Assembly (NCBI GenBank): GCA_049647165.1
Contig: JBARXB010000057.1
Span: forward strand, 36,533-100,532
Reading direction: 5' to 3'
DNA length: 64,000 nucleotides
From: a bacterium
GTDB taxonomy: Bacteria > Hydrothermota > Tepidihabitantia > SM23-42
The notes under the pieces are model-generated. The model was not told the DNA's origin. It did no database searches and worked only from the letters and a program-made list of their open reading frames with translations. Shown piece by piece: positions 30,594 to 40,031 of this stretch; position 1 is the first letter of the stretch; each line of letters starts with the position of its first letter. The translations under genes and the position numbers were made by a program.

Positions 30594-31256
30594 TTATTTC
30601 TTATATGTCATTGCATAGTAAATCACTACTGATACGATTATTTCAGCTTCTTCGCTTGTTTCGTATCCAGCATAGGTGGGGTAAGTAATATTCTCAGAAA
30701 TGAAGATCGGTTCACCAAGCATAACTTCCATATCAGCTGCTAATGCCTGTGCTTCTTCTTTTGCGTTTTTCAATGCATTGGCTCTTGCTTTTTTTATCGC
30801 TGGATTGTAGTTTGCGGTCCGGCTAATCACTGGTGTACATGATCCGACCTGTACTCCATCTATAAGTAGATACGTTTCCTTGATTTTGTTTATATCTTTT
30901 ACATCTTTCAACGAGATTTGAATATCCTGTTCGACTCGATAATAGGGATCACCCTCAATAGGTTCCATTGTATTACGGCTAGTTAGAACGACATCCTTTT
31001 TCTTTCCACCTATTTTCTTTGTTGCATCTATGATTTCTTCTCGTATTTTTTCTGAGGTATCAAGAGCTTTGTTTTCTTCTGACGCATAAGCATCTGCATA
31101 CAGGATGATTTTGTACTCAGTTGCCTGAACGCCAAGGACTGCGCTACCCTGCCCTGTTACTGATAGTGCTGGTGTGCTGATCGTGATGCCTGGGTTACTG
31201 GTGCAAACTCCAGAACCACACTGAGCTATTAATGATAATATGAGTAAAATTGACAT
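30594..31256 (-). CDS. SIMPL/DUF541 (BP26-like) lipoprotein
   Basis: Start moved to MSILLILSLIAQC (SD AAGGAGG 7 nt upstream). Lipobox IAQC. SIMPL-like body; family call is from memory. Confidence 0.55.
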   Translation of the reverse strand: MSILLILSLIAQCGSGVCTSNPGITISTPALSVTGQGSAVLGVQATEYKIILYADAYASEENKALDTSEKIREEIIDATKKIGGKKKDVVLTSRNTMEPIEGDPYYRVEQDIQISLKDVKDINKIKETYLLIDGVQVGSCTPVISRTANYNPAIKKARANALKNAKEEAQALAADMEVMLGEPIFISENITYPTYAGYETSEEAEIIVSVVIYYAMTYKK

Positions 31257-31331
31257 ACGAAACCTCCTTTTTTCAAGTCTATACAATTTCACCTTTATGT
31301 CAACACAAAACAGGTTTAGCTAATAAGCGCA

Positions 31332-31359
31332 TTGACTTTTCTTATTGATTTCATATAAT
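31332..31359 (+). promoter_or_regulatory. promoter TTGACT-16-TATAAT for tRNA-Gly
   Basis: TTGACT at 31332-31337 and TATAAT at 31354-31359. The tRNA 5' end is at 31368. Confidence 0.55.
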
Positions 31360-31367
31360 AACTTCAC

Positions 31368-31439
31368 GCGGGGGTAGCTCAATGGTAGAGTCACGGCTTT
31401 CCAAGCCGTTGGTTGCGGGTTCAAATCCCGTTCCCCGCT
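31368..31439 (+). tRNA. tRNA-Gly (anticodon UCC)
   Basis: Hand-folded cloverleaf: acceptor GCGGGGG/TCCCCGC, anticodon stem ACGGC/GCCGT, loop TTTCCAA, T-loop TTCAAAT. No encoded CCA. Confidence 0.9.
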
Positions 31440-31467
31440 TTGGAAGACAGATACTAGATATTAGATT

Positions 31468-31538
31468 CTAGATGCTAGTTTTGGTTATTTTTTCCTTTCA
31501 CTAATATCTATCATCTCGAATCTAGCATCTGGTTTTTT
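31468..31538 (+). terminator. 11-bp stem with a large loop followed by U6, between tRNA-Gly and dtd
   Basis: CTAGATGCTAG (31468-31478) pairs with CTAGCATCTGG (31522-31532, one G-U pair), then TTTTTT at 31533-31538. The loop is about 43 nt. Confidence 0.4.
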
Positions 31539-31550
31539 CGGGAGGTCTTA

Positions 31551-31988
31551 TTGAAGGCAGTTATCCAAAGGGTCTCAAATGCAAAGATCGAAGTTGGCGA
31601 CAAGGTTGTGGCAGAAATAGGTAATGGATTAATGATACTACTGGGTGTGCGCAAGGGGGATACGTTGTCAAATGCAGATGAGTTAGCGGAAAAGTGTGCA
31701 AATTTGAGGATTTTCGAGGATACTGAGGGTAAATTCAGTCTTTCGCTTATTGACATTAGAGGATCAGCGCTTGTTGCTTCTCAATTTACTCTCTTGGCAG
31801 ATACATCGCGCGGTCGAAGACCCTCTTTTACGGATGCTGAAGAACCTAAAAGAGCAAAACAGCTCTACGAAAATTTTATTGAATCACTCAATAATATCGG
31901 TATTCTAACACGCACCGGAATATTTGGAGAACGTATGAATATTTCTTTAAAAAATGATGGACCAGTTACAATAATTATGGAGGTGTAG
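31551..31988 (+). CDS. dtd: D-aminoacyl-tRNA deacylase
   Basis: MKAVIQRV.. N-terminus, SQFTL and NDGPVT motifs. TTG start with SD GGGAGG. Confidence 0.9.
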   Translation: MKAVIQRVSNAKIEVGDKVVAEIGNGLMILLGVRKGDTLSNADELAEKCANLRIFEDTEGKFSLSLIDIRGSALVASQFTLLADTSRGRRPSFTDAEEPKRAKQLYENFIESLNNIGILTRTGIFGERMNISLKNDGPVTIIMEV

Positions 31989-32864
31989 ATGCCTTATAGT
32001 ATGACTGGTATGGGTCGTGCGAGCGGTATAATAAGAAAACCCCTGATCAAGTTTGACGTCGAGATAAAATCATATAATCATAGATTTCTGGAGATTTCAG
32101 TGAAGTGCCCTAGTACTTTGCTGCCTTTTGAGGATGAAATAAGAAGGTGTATTCAGAAAAAAGTAACACGCGGACACATTGTTGTGTTTATTCAACAGGA
32201 CCGCGAAATTCTGGACACAAAAGTTGAATTAGATGAATCGTTACTCCGAGCGTATATGGCGATCGTTGATAAGCTCGAAAAAGAACATAAAATCAACGGA
32301 AAATTGGATATTAATACACTTTTATCGGTGCAGGGCCTGGTCAAATTCAGTCAGCCCGTGGCAGATTCACGAGATATCTTTGATGCATTAAAGCCCATCC
32401 TTAGCAAAGCTCTGAAATCCTTTCTTGAGATGAAAAAAAGAGAGGGAAAAAATATTGAAAGGGATATCCGAAAATCAATATGCATAATTGAAAAAAATAT
32501 ACAGCTTGTTGAGAAGTTGATCCCCGAAAGGAACCGTGACTATAAAAGTCATCTTGAAGAAATCGGGAAAAAATTTGACAAGGAATTGAACGAAGATAGA
32601 TTTTATCAAGAGCTACTATACACTATTGACCGAACAGACGTAAACGAGGAATGTAAGCGCTTGTCAAGCCATCTCGTTCTTTTTAAGGAAGCTTTAGATA
32701 ACGATAAACACTGTGGTAGAAAATTGAACTTTCTGCTTCAAGAGATCCAACGTGAAGCTAATACCTGTAGTGTCAAGGCCAATTTCCTTGAGATAAGTAA
32801 GTCAGTCGTCCAAATAAAAGAAGAGGTTGAGAAGATACGGGAACAGGTGCAGAACATTGAATAA
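31989..32864 (+). CDS. yicC: YicC-family stress-induced protein
   Basis: MTGMGRA N-terminus and C-terminal DUF1732-like EEVxRL..H and REANT motifs. Confidence 0.85.
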   Translation: MPYSMTGMGRASGIIRKPLIKFDVEIKSYNHRFLEISVKCPSTLLPFEDEIRRCIQKKVTRGHIVVFIQQDREILDTKVELDESLLRAYMAIVDKLEKEHKINGKLDINTLLSVQGLVKFSQPVADSRDIFDALKPILSKALKSFLEMKKREGKNIERDIRKSICIIEKNIQLVEKLIPERNRDYKSHLEEIGKKFDKELNEDRFYQELLYTIDRTDVNEECKRLSSHLVLFKEALDNDKHCGRKLNFLLQEIQREANTCSVKANFLEISKSVVQIKEEVEKIREQVQNIE

Positions 32865-32865
32865 A

Positions 32866-33435
32866 ATGAAGAATCGAGGTAAATTGATCGTCCTGTCCGG
32901 ACCCTCTGGAGTGGGTAAGACGAGTATTTGTCGGAAAATACTCAATGCGCGACCCGATATTCAGTATTCTATATCAGCAACCTCCAGACCAATGAGGGAG
33001 GGAGAGGAGAATAATCGTGAGTATATTTTCATTAGCGAGTCTGAATTTAAGGATTGGATAGAAAAAGACTTCTTTATTGAATACGCGCGTGTACACGGAA
33101 ATCTCTACGGGACACTAAAGAAAAACCTTGAAGACACCTTATCCAATGGGTACCATGTACTGATGGATATCGATGTACAGGGTGCTCGGGTACTCATGGA
33201 TTCATACCCAAATGGGTTATATTTCTTTATTGTTCCACCTGACTTCACGGAATTAGAACAGCGATTGATTAAACGTAACACGGAAAAGAACGAAGTCATT
33301 AAGAACCGTCTGGCTAAGGCATTTGAAGAATTGAAATATAAAGAGGATTATAAATATATTATTGAAAACCGTGATCTTGATGACACTGTATCAGAGATCC
33401 TTTCAATCATCGATATCGAGTTGGGCAAAAAATGA
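32866..33435 (+). CDS. gmk: guanylate kinase
   Basis: Start moved to MKNRGKLIVLSGPSGVGKT (P-loop). TSRPMREGE motif present. Confidence 0.9.
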   Translation: MKNRGKLIVLSGPSGVGKTSICRKILNARPDIQYSISATSRPMREGEENNREYIFISESEFKDWIEKDFFIEYARVHGNLYGTLKKNLEDTLSNGYHVLMDIDVQGARVLMDSYPNGLYFFIVPPDFTELEQRLIKRNTEKNEVIKNRLAKAFEELKYKEDYKYIIENRDLDDTVSEILSIIDIELGKK

Positions 33436-33443
33436 TAATCTTA

Positions 33444-33471
33444 TTGACTTACCATTGTTTTTTTGTATAAT
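33444..33471 (+). promoter_or_regulatory. promoter TTGACT-16-TATAAT for tRNA-Ala (and probably pdaD)
   Basis: TTGACT at 33444-33449 and TATAAT at 33466-33471. The tRNA starts at 33480. Confidence 0.55.
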
Positions 33472-33479
33472 GCGCAATT

Positions 33480-33552
33480 GGGGCAGTAGCTCAGTTGGGA
33501 GAGCGTCTCGTTCGCAGCGAGAAGGTCGCCAGTTCGACTCTGGTCTGCTCCA
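33480..33552 (+). tRNA. tRNA-Ala (anticodon CGC)
   Basis: Hand-folded cloverleaf with the G3:U70 identity pair, anticodon loop TTCGCAG and T-loop TTCGACT. No encoded CCA. Confidence 0.9.
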
Positions 33553-33558
33553 TAAAGG

Positions 33559-34110
33559 ATGGTTGCGATGGTACCGAAAAATCTTTTTCTCACTAAAGGC
33601 GTAGGAAAACATAAACAAAAATTGACAAGCTTCGAGGCTGCACTGCGTGATGCTGGTATAGCACATTTGAATATTGTGCGGGTATCGAGTATTTTACCGC
33701 CTCAGGCGAAGATAATATCGAAGAGTAGAGGTATAGAACTCCTATCTCCTGGTGAAATAACCTATATGGTCATGGCAGACTCCTGTACTAATGAACCACA
33801 TCGGCTAATAGCTGCTTCCATAGGTGTAGCAATACCTAGAGATCGCTCGGTATACGGCTATCTTTCTGAATATCACTCGTATGGTGAAACTGAGTCAAAA
33901 GCCGCAGATAAAGCCGAGGATTTAGCTGCGCAGATGTTAGCCACTACTCTCGACGTACCTTTTAATCCAGATACGAGTTATGACGAGAGAAAGGAAATTT
34001 GGAAAATCTCAACAGAAATCGTAAGAACAATGGATATGACCCAAACTGCAATCGGCGATAAGCACGGATTATGGACAACGGTTATCGCTGCAGCGGTTTT
34101 TGTGCCATAA
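33559..34110 (+). CDS. pdaD: pyruvoyl-dependent arginine decarboxylase
   Basis: VPKNLFLTKGVGKH.. and the self-cleavage region NIVRVSSILPP. The ATG at 33568 has better SD spacing. Confidence 0.85.
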   Translation: MVAMVPKNLFLTKGVGKHKQKLTSFEAALRDAGIAHLNIVRVSSILPPQAKIISKSRGIELLSPGEITYMVMADSCTNEPHRLIAASIGVAIPRDRSVYGYLSEYHSYGETESKAADKAEDLAAQMLATTLDVPFNPDTSYDERKEIWKISTEIVRTMDMTQTAIGDKHGLWTTVIAAAVFVP

Positions 34111-34141
34111 ATCTTAGTTTTATGTTCTGAAAGCTTATTTA

Positions 34142-35224
34142 ATGCCCATCTTATTGGTTTTATTTCTAACCTTGCCTGGTGTGAATAATCTGGGGGACCG
34201 ACTTTTTTATACGGATGCCCGGTCACTTAGTTTGGGTGGTATATCTTCAGTGATAAACTCTGGGAAAAACCCTGCTTCTTTTGGTTTCATTGACCGGATA
34301 TCAGGATCGATAACACCTTCCTATACACGAACCAACGAGCACCGTGGTTTGAGGGTTTATGACTCATACGGGAATAATATTGGTATCTCGACTATTGGCA
34401 ATAGTACAGGTAGTAATATCGGCATAGCCGCCGGCTCAGTAGTAATCCCTATTAAGGGTTTCCGAGTCGGTTTCCAATACTTACCTTTATGGGTTTTCAA
34501 TTATTACTATCGACATGAATACCGTGATGACTTTTTTCAATTGTTCAGAATAGAGACCCATGAATATACCGGTTCGATCTACTCTCTAGCTCCAGCGCTT
34601 AGTTTTTCATACAAGTTCTTCAGTATTGGCATCAGAGAAGATTTTATACAAGGTAAAAAGGATGCATTGATTACGGTTGTTAAACCCTATCAACCTGGTT
34701 CAGTCATTCAACAAAATGATTGTTATGAAGGTAAAGCCACGAGGGCAGGTATTATTATCTTACCGGATAGACATTTAGCTCTTGCTTACTCATACTTGAC
34801 CGAATACACCGTCGATTGTAAAGGAACAAGTATCGAGCTGAATTATCCAGCCAGCCATACAATAGGTTGTTTTTACCAACCAGCTGCTCATATCCCAACG
34901 AGATTCTATGGAGAATACTGTCGTGAAGTATGGCCGAGTGCAATAAATATTTACAAGATCGGGATTGAACATATAATTGTGCAGGATTATTCAATACGAT
35001 ATGGATTTTGTGTTTTCCCTGATTATACACAGGGTGCTGTATGGACAACGGTCTTGTCAATTGGGGGAGGGTATCAGACAAAGAGATTGCATTTTGATAT
35101 TGCCTACAGTTATAATAGACGTGATTATTCAAGCAATGATTTCACCGGTTTAGAGGATCTCGGGAATATTCAAACAGATGAATCTTCCAGTATTTTTCTG
35201 ATATCTCTTAGCTTTACACTATAA
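34142..35224 (+). CDS. outer-membrane beta-barrel protein (PorV/FadL-like N-terminal motif)
   Basis: Signal peptide, DARSLSLGGISSV..NPAS motif, alternating beta-strand pattern, aromatic C-terminus (SLSFTL). Confidence 0.5.
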   Translation: MPILLVLFLTLPGVNNLGDRLFYTDARSLSLGGISSVINSGKNPASFGFIDRISGSITPSYTRTNEHRGLRVYDSYGNNIGISTIGNSTGSNIGIAAGSVVIPIKGFRVGFQYLPLWVFNYYYRHEYRDDFFQLFRIETHEYTGSIYSLAPALSFSYKFFSIGIREDFIQGKKDALITVVKPYQPGSVIQQNDCYEGKATRAGIIILPDRHLALAYSYLTEYTVDCKGTSIELNYPASHTIGCFYQPAAHIPTRFYGEYCREVWPSAINIYKIGIEHIIVQDYSIRYGFCVFPDYTQGAVWTTVLSIGGGYQTKRLHFDIAYSYNRRDYSSNDFTGLEDLGNIQTDESSSIFLISLSFTL

Positions 35225-35229
35225 TTCAA

Positions 35230-36741
35230 TTGTTCCATTTATTCTTTCTTTTTTCAGTTCTATTTTTAAACAATAATTTTGACCACATCTATCTCCTTTA
35301 TACAAATGATATTGAAGGTGGATTATCACCGAGTACTGCTCGGTGGATGAATCCGTATTTCCCACCACCTGTTGGTAATGCCCCTGCTGCTGCATATTTT
35401 ATAAAATCAAAGAGAATGGAAGCTGATAGTCTTGGCTATGGAATTTTTATTTTTGACAGCGGCGATATGTTCATGGGGTCCCCGATCGGTGAATTTTCCA
35501 GAGGTCAAGCAGTTTCTGAATATTTCAATTATTGTGGTTACAATGTGGTTGCACCTGGCAACCATGACTATGATATGGGTGTTGAAGTGTTCCGGGAATT
35601 TGTTAACTCCGTTGATGCTGAATTTTTGGGAAGCAATATTGTCTATGAAAAAACACAAGAGAATGTAGATTACCTGAAACCTTATACGATTATTGAACAT
35701 AATGGTATAAGGATCGGTATTTTCAGCATTCTCACCCATTACATGGAGGGCATGACGACTCCGGCGAAATTCATGGATCATGATGTTCTTGATGAGTCGG
35801 CAACGGCGCGCAAATACGTTGACATCTTGCAAACTGAGGATGTCGATCTCATATTTGCTTTGACCGGTATCGGATTAAAACATGATAAGCGTATTGCGAG
35901 TTCAGTGCCAGGTATCGATATAATATTCGGTTCCCACAGTTCCTCTGCTTTGCAATCCCCTTATGAAGATTCAATCAATCATACAATAATCTGCCAGTCC
36001 TATAGCCACCTCAGCAGTATTGGTTTTCTTGACCTTTTTATTGACCGAAAGACCAAAAAGATAGCGGGTTATGAAGGTCGATTGATCGATCTGCTGAGTG
36101 AAGAAATCGAAAGTGATACGCAGATGCTACATATTGTTAACAAATGGGAAGAGATCACACAGCGCGGATTTGATGAAGTAATAGGTTATTCAAATGAAGG
36201 GCTAGTTCGTGCAGGTTTTGAAGAAACTGGTATTGGGAATATGATAACTGATGCTATGCGAGAATACTTCACAGCTGATATCGCAATACATAATTCGGGC
36301 GGTATCAGGGCTAATATGCCAAAAGGCGAGATCACTTACCGTGACTGCTACAATGTTGACGCTCTTTCGAATACGATCGTGGTCATGAATATGACCGGTG
36401 AGGTTCTACTGGAAGCATTTGAAATAGGTTATAATGGTCACCATGCAATTTTTCAGATATCCGGTATCAGGCTCAGATACAATTCAAAAGAACCCATCGG
36501 TCAAAGAATAGTCGATGTCGTTACTGAAGACGGTGCAAAACTTGATCGCAACAAGGTATACCGAGTAGTTACCAATTCATATCTTGCTGCAGGTGGGGGA
36601 GAATACGCAATTTTCAGGAAAGCAACCGACATCGAGGACACCTTCCATTATATGCGAAATATAATAGCCGAATATGTGAAAAAACATTCACCGATCGAGG
36701 CACCGATTGAGGGAAGAATCACTGACGTTTCCAAGCAATGA
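35230..36741 (+). CDS. secreted bifunctional metallophosphatase / 5'-nucleotidase (UshA-like)
   Basis: TTG start, signal peptide, GDMFMGSP and GNHDYD metallophosphoesterase motifs, C-terminal 5'-nucleotidase substrate domain. Confidence 0.8.
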   Translation: MFHLFFLFSVLFLNNNFDHIYLLYTNDIEGGLSPSTARWMNPYFPPPVGNAPAAAYFIKSKRMEADSLGYGIFIFDSGDMFMGSPIGEFSRGQAVSEYFNYCGYNVVAPGNHDYDMGVEVFREFVNSVDAEFLGSNIVYEKTQENVDYLKPYTIIEHNGIRIGIFSILTHYMEGMTTPAKFMDHDVLDESATARKYVDILQTEDVDLIFALTGIGLKHDKRIASSVPGIDIIFGSHSSSALQSPYEDSINHTIICQSYSHLSSIGFLDLFIDRKTKKIAGYEGRLIDLLSEEIESDTQMLHIVNKWEEITQRGFDEVIGYSNEGLVRAGFEETGIGNMITDAMREYFTADIAIHNSGGIRANMPKGEITYRDCYNVDALSNTIVVMNMTGEVLLEAFEIGYNGHHAIFQISGIRLRYNSKEPIGQRIVDVVTEDGAKLDRNKVYRVVTNSYLAAGGGEYAIFRKATDIEDTFHYMRNIIAEYVKKHSPIEAPIEGRITDVSKQ

Positions 36742-37997
36742 AAACAAAAAGACTTCGACAGCTCGATAATGCGTTAATTTCACTGCTATGTAGAATTATT
36801 ACAGCATTCATGATTTTTTGGTTTTATGGTTTAGCCGGTGATACCTTTCGTATCGCGACTTATAATATTCTTAATTTCCCAGATGCAATGGGTATGCAAA
36901 GGATTAATTATTTGCGTACTGTAATCGCATATATAGAACCAGATGTGATCGTTGTCCAGGAAATGCAGAGTCAGGCTGGGGTGGATTTATTTCTTGATGC
37001 GGTTATGAATTATCAGGGGGATATTTACGAGAGCACAACTTTTCATGATGGCGCTGATACTGACAACGCAATTTTTTATAACAAAGACGTGGTTCAGCTT
37101 CTGCACGACCAGTATCTTTCCACAGTCAACCGAGATATCGCTCAGTATAGACTGAGATTTTCCGGGAATCAGTATGAATTTTACTTGTTCTCACTCCATT
37201 TTAAATCCTCACAAGGTTCGGGTAATGAATTGATCCGCCTGGACGAAGCTACTGCATTACGTGAACATCTCAGTCTATTTGCTCAGGGTTCATATTTTTT
37301 GGCGGTGGGTGATTTCAATATTTATTATAGCGATGAACCTGCCTTTCAATATCTTACTGGTGATTTTTCCAATAATAATGGTCGTTTATACGATCCCTTG
37401 AAAGCTTCTGGTTTATGGCATGAGAATTCCGGTTTTGCTAAAATTCACACACAATCAACGAGGTTTGAACAACTTGCCGATGGTGGCGCTGGCGGTGGTA
37501 TGGATGATCGTTTCGACATGGTTCTCTGTTCTTTTAATTTTATCGATAGTGCTGGTTTATTCATAACTGATTACTCGTACAATATAGTCGGTAACGATGG
37601 TAATCATTTTAATGTTTCGATTAATAACGGCTATAATAGTGTAGTTCCGGTTGATGTCGCCGATGCACTGTATTATGCTTCAGATCATTTGCCGTTATTC
37701 GTTGATATTGACGATGGTAATCTACAAACGATCCCTGAGCGAATACTGAAAATTTGGCCCAATCCAATGCAGAGTATAGCATATATAGAATTCCCGTGGG
37801 CTGACGATTTTGAAAATGCGAGAATTACAGTAACCAACATCATAGGTCAAAGAGTATATGAAAGTACAACATTGGATCCGAATGGGTTTATGCTCAGGCG
37901 TGGTTCACTGCCAGTAGGTGTTTATTTTATTCACGTCAAGGTCCAGACACGTTACAGTACTATCAATTATAGATCTAAAATGGCGGTAGTCGAATAA
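36738..37997 (+). CDS. endonuclease/exonuclease/phosphatase (EEP) family nuclease with T9SS C-terminal sorting domain
   Basis: EEP motifs (IATYNILNF, VVQEMQ, GDFN, SDHLP). The last ~80 aa (KIWPNP..GVYFIHV..) match the T9SS type A CTD pattern. Confidence 0.8.
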   Translation: MKTKRLRQLDNALISLLCRIITAFMIFWFYGLAGDTFRIATYNILNFPDAMGMQRINYLRTVIAYIEPDVIVVQEMQSQAGVDLFLDAVMNYQGDIYESTTFHDGADTDNAIFYNKDVVQLLHDQYLSTVNRDIAQYRLRFSGNQYEFYLFSLHFKSSQGSGNELIRLDEATALREHLSLFAQGSYFLAVGDFNIYYSDEPAFQYLTGDFSNNNGRLYDPLKASGLWHENSGFAKIHTQSTRFEQLADGGAGGGMDDRFDMVLCSFNFIDSAGLFITDYSYNIVGNDGNHFNVSINNGYNSVVPVDVADALYYASDHLPLFVDIDDGNLQTIPERILKIWPNPMQSIAYIEFPWADDFENARITVTNIIGQRVYESTTLDPNGFMLRRGSLPVGVYFIHVKVQTRYSTINYRSKMAVVE

Positions 37998-38011
37998 CCG
38001 CAGATTGAGCA

Positions 38012-38824
38012 ATGACAGCGCTTATCTTATTACTATTATCGGTAAACTCCAGTTATTTTTTGAAACTCTCACCAGGCGTTAGGTCGCAGGGTTTAGGCAG
38101 CGCCGTGTTAATGATCGATGAAGGTTTATCAGCATTTCATAATCCCGCAATACCGGGTTCAACACAGGTCAATTTTACTTTATCGCGATGGTTATTTTCG
38201 ACCAGCCATTTTTCTATCGGTGCAACTTTTAAAAACTACGTCATAGGTGTCAGTTATCTAAATTACGGCATAATCCAGGGGTATGATCAATTCGGTATAT
38301 CGACCGATGAATTTACACCATATGATATGTGTCTTGTCTTGGGAAGAAGGATCGGAGCCTTTGGCATTTCTTTGAAGACATTTGGAGAAAAGGTAGATAC
38401 CGAAGTCTTATATGGTGCTTGTTTAGGTATTAGTTCATACATTGAATTTGGTGATATAGCGATCGGAGCCAAAATTGATAATTTAGGTAAAGAATTCTCA
38501 AAAAACACCAATATTCCATGGATAACAAAGACTGGAGTAAAGTTTTCTTTCCAGCAATTTGAGTTCATAATGGAATCAGGGATACCCGACCTCGAGATTA
38601 GTGCAGGCATCGCATATACGCATGAAAGTATCTGCCTCTTGTTTGGAATGAGATATCTCATGGGCTATAATATAATCGATGATGAACGGCTTTCCCGCAG
38701 TTTTTCAGATATTCAATTGAGCAGTGGTCTTATTGTGACTGTTGAGGAATACCAAATAGGCTATTCTTTTTTATACAATGAGGTTTCAAATGCCCACCAA
38801 TTTTCAATTGCTTTCAGTCCGTAG
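38012..38824 (+). CDS. small outer-membrane beta-barrel protein (PorV/FadL-like N-terminal motif)
   Basis: Signal peptide, VRSQGLGSAVLMIDEGLSAFHNPA motif, beta-strand periodicity, C-terminal FSIAFSP. Confidence 0.5.
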   Translation: MTALILLLLSVNSSYFLKLSPGVRSQGLGSAVLMIDEGLSAFHNPAIPGSTQVNFTLSRWLFSTSHFSIGATFKNYVIGVSYLNYGIIQGYDQFGISTDEFTPYDMCLVLGRRIGAFGISLKTFGEKVDTEVLYGACLGISSYIEFGDIAIGAKIDNLGKEFSKNTNIPWITKTGVKFSFQQFEFIMESGIPDLEISAGIAYTHESICLLFGMRYLMGYNIIDDERLSRSFSDIQLSSGLIVTVEEYQIGYSFLYNEVSNAHQFSIAFSP

Positions 38825-38835
38825 ATTCTATCTGC

Positions 38836-39990
38836 TTAGGGCGATGAGTTGATGGAGTTTTTTCGCCAGTTTTTATAATACCATTTTATTATGAAAATGC
38901 TTAGCAATGCAAATGGTAACAAGAAAAGTTCTATCCACCAGGTCGATATCGTGCTAACATAGCCAGCTAAGTGTACATAACCGGCGATAGCGTCGATCCC
39001 AGTCATGATTAGAAATCCTATCCAGAAATAGACTTGCTTTCTCCTGGCCACTGCAAGAACGACTAGAGCTCTTGAACTGGTATGGCAAAGGATTGCGATT
39101 AATCTTTCAACCGGTGCTACCAGGAATAATAAAGGTGTATTACTCGCGATATTACTATAGCCTGCTACGACATCACTGCTCCCTGGAGATCCTGAAATGA
39201 CCATTATCAAAGCACCGACTTGGGAAAATCCTATAAGCATAGCTTCAATAGTACCAGCACCAAGACCGAAACCAATACCTCTTTCTGCATTCTCATAGAA
39301 TTTTTTTATGAACAAAACAAAGATAAGAGCTATACCTATTTCAAAAATTCCGGTAAGTGCACCAATGTAAATACTGCCAAAAGATAGATATCCAGTTTGT
39401 CCAAATGATGATTTTATAAGTCCCAGTATAGGATCATTCAACCAGTAAGCAAAAAGAAATTTAATAATGATGCTGATAAACCAGGCCGCAGCACCTATCA
39501 GTGGATAAATAAATGATTCCGCACTCTTAACTTTCCATTTAATCAGTAAAACAAGACAGATGGCCATGATAAGGATGCCTGAAACCAAAAGTGAAAACAG
39601 AATCCCTCTAGAAGATGATTCAGTGAGCTGAATAGACCATTCGCCGACTGCTCTGGTTGTATGTACATTCACAGTGATCGGTTCAGAATTGCTCAACGGG
39701 CCAAAGATAATATTTTTATATGCGAAGGTATCTTGATCCGTGTAGTTTCCGATGACTTCATAGCCGCCGCCGCCCAGCCAAACATTGATCTCACCGGTTT
39801 CTAACTCACCGTCAAAATTGAAGATCATTCGGCTTTCATTGCCTGATAAAGTGAATTCGAAGGAATAAAAGCTCGTATCTTTATCAGGAACTTCAACACC
39901 GTGGAAATCCAAAAGCGTACGGCTGACCAGCAAACCAGGTATGAAAAATAGAAAATACAAAAAAACCTTATATCGGCGTTCCATAAACAC
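38836..39990 (-). CDS. membrane protein: extracellular beta-rich domain + 7-TM YhfC-like domain
   Basis: Signal or TM helix, about 130-aa soluble domain, then 7 hydrophobic helices with a Glu (GIFEIG) and ERL..CH segment resembling the YhfC family. Low certainty. Confidence 0.4.
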   Translation of the reverse strand: MFMERRYKVFLYFLFFIPGLLVSRTLLDFHGVEVPDKDTSFYSFEFTLSGNESRMIFNFDGELETGEINVWLGGGGYEVIGNYTDQDTFAYKNIIFGPLSNSEPITVNVHTTRAVGEWSIQLTESSSRGILFSLLVSGILIMAICLVLLIKWKVKSAESFIYPLIGAAAWFISIIIKFLFAYWLNDPILGLIKSSFGQTGYLSFGSIYIGALTGIFEIGIALIFVLFIKKFYENAERGIGFGLGAGTIEAMLIGFSQVGALIMVISGSPGSSDVVAGYSNIASNTPLLFLVAPVERLIAILCHTSSRALVVLAVARRKQVYFWIGFLIMTGIDAIAGYVHLAGYVSTISTWWIELFLLPFALLSIFIIKWYYKNWRKNSINSSP

Positions 39991-40031
39991 ATTATATACT
40001 GTAGAAATATCGTGTCAAGTTATCTTGAAAT

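Noticed and set aside
31511-31756. 81-aa minus-strand ORF
   Set aside because: It is antisense to the well-supported dtd gene and covers the terminator-like hairpin. It has no signals of its own.
33362-33666. Track ORFs (80 aa plus strand, 87 aa minus strand) across 33.4-33.7 kb
   Set aside because: Both run straight through the tRNA-Ala gene and the pdaD start, so they are spurious.
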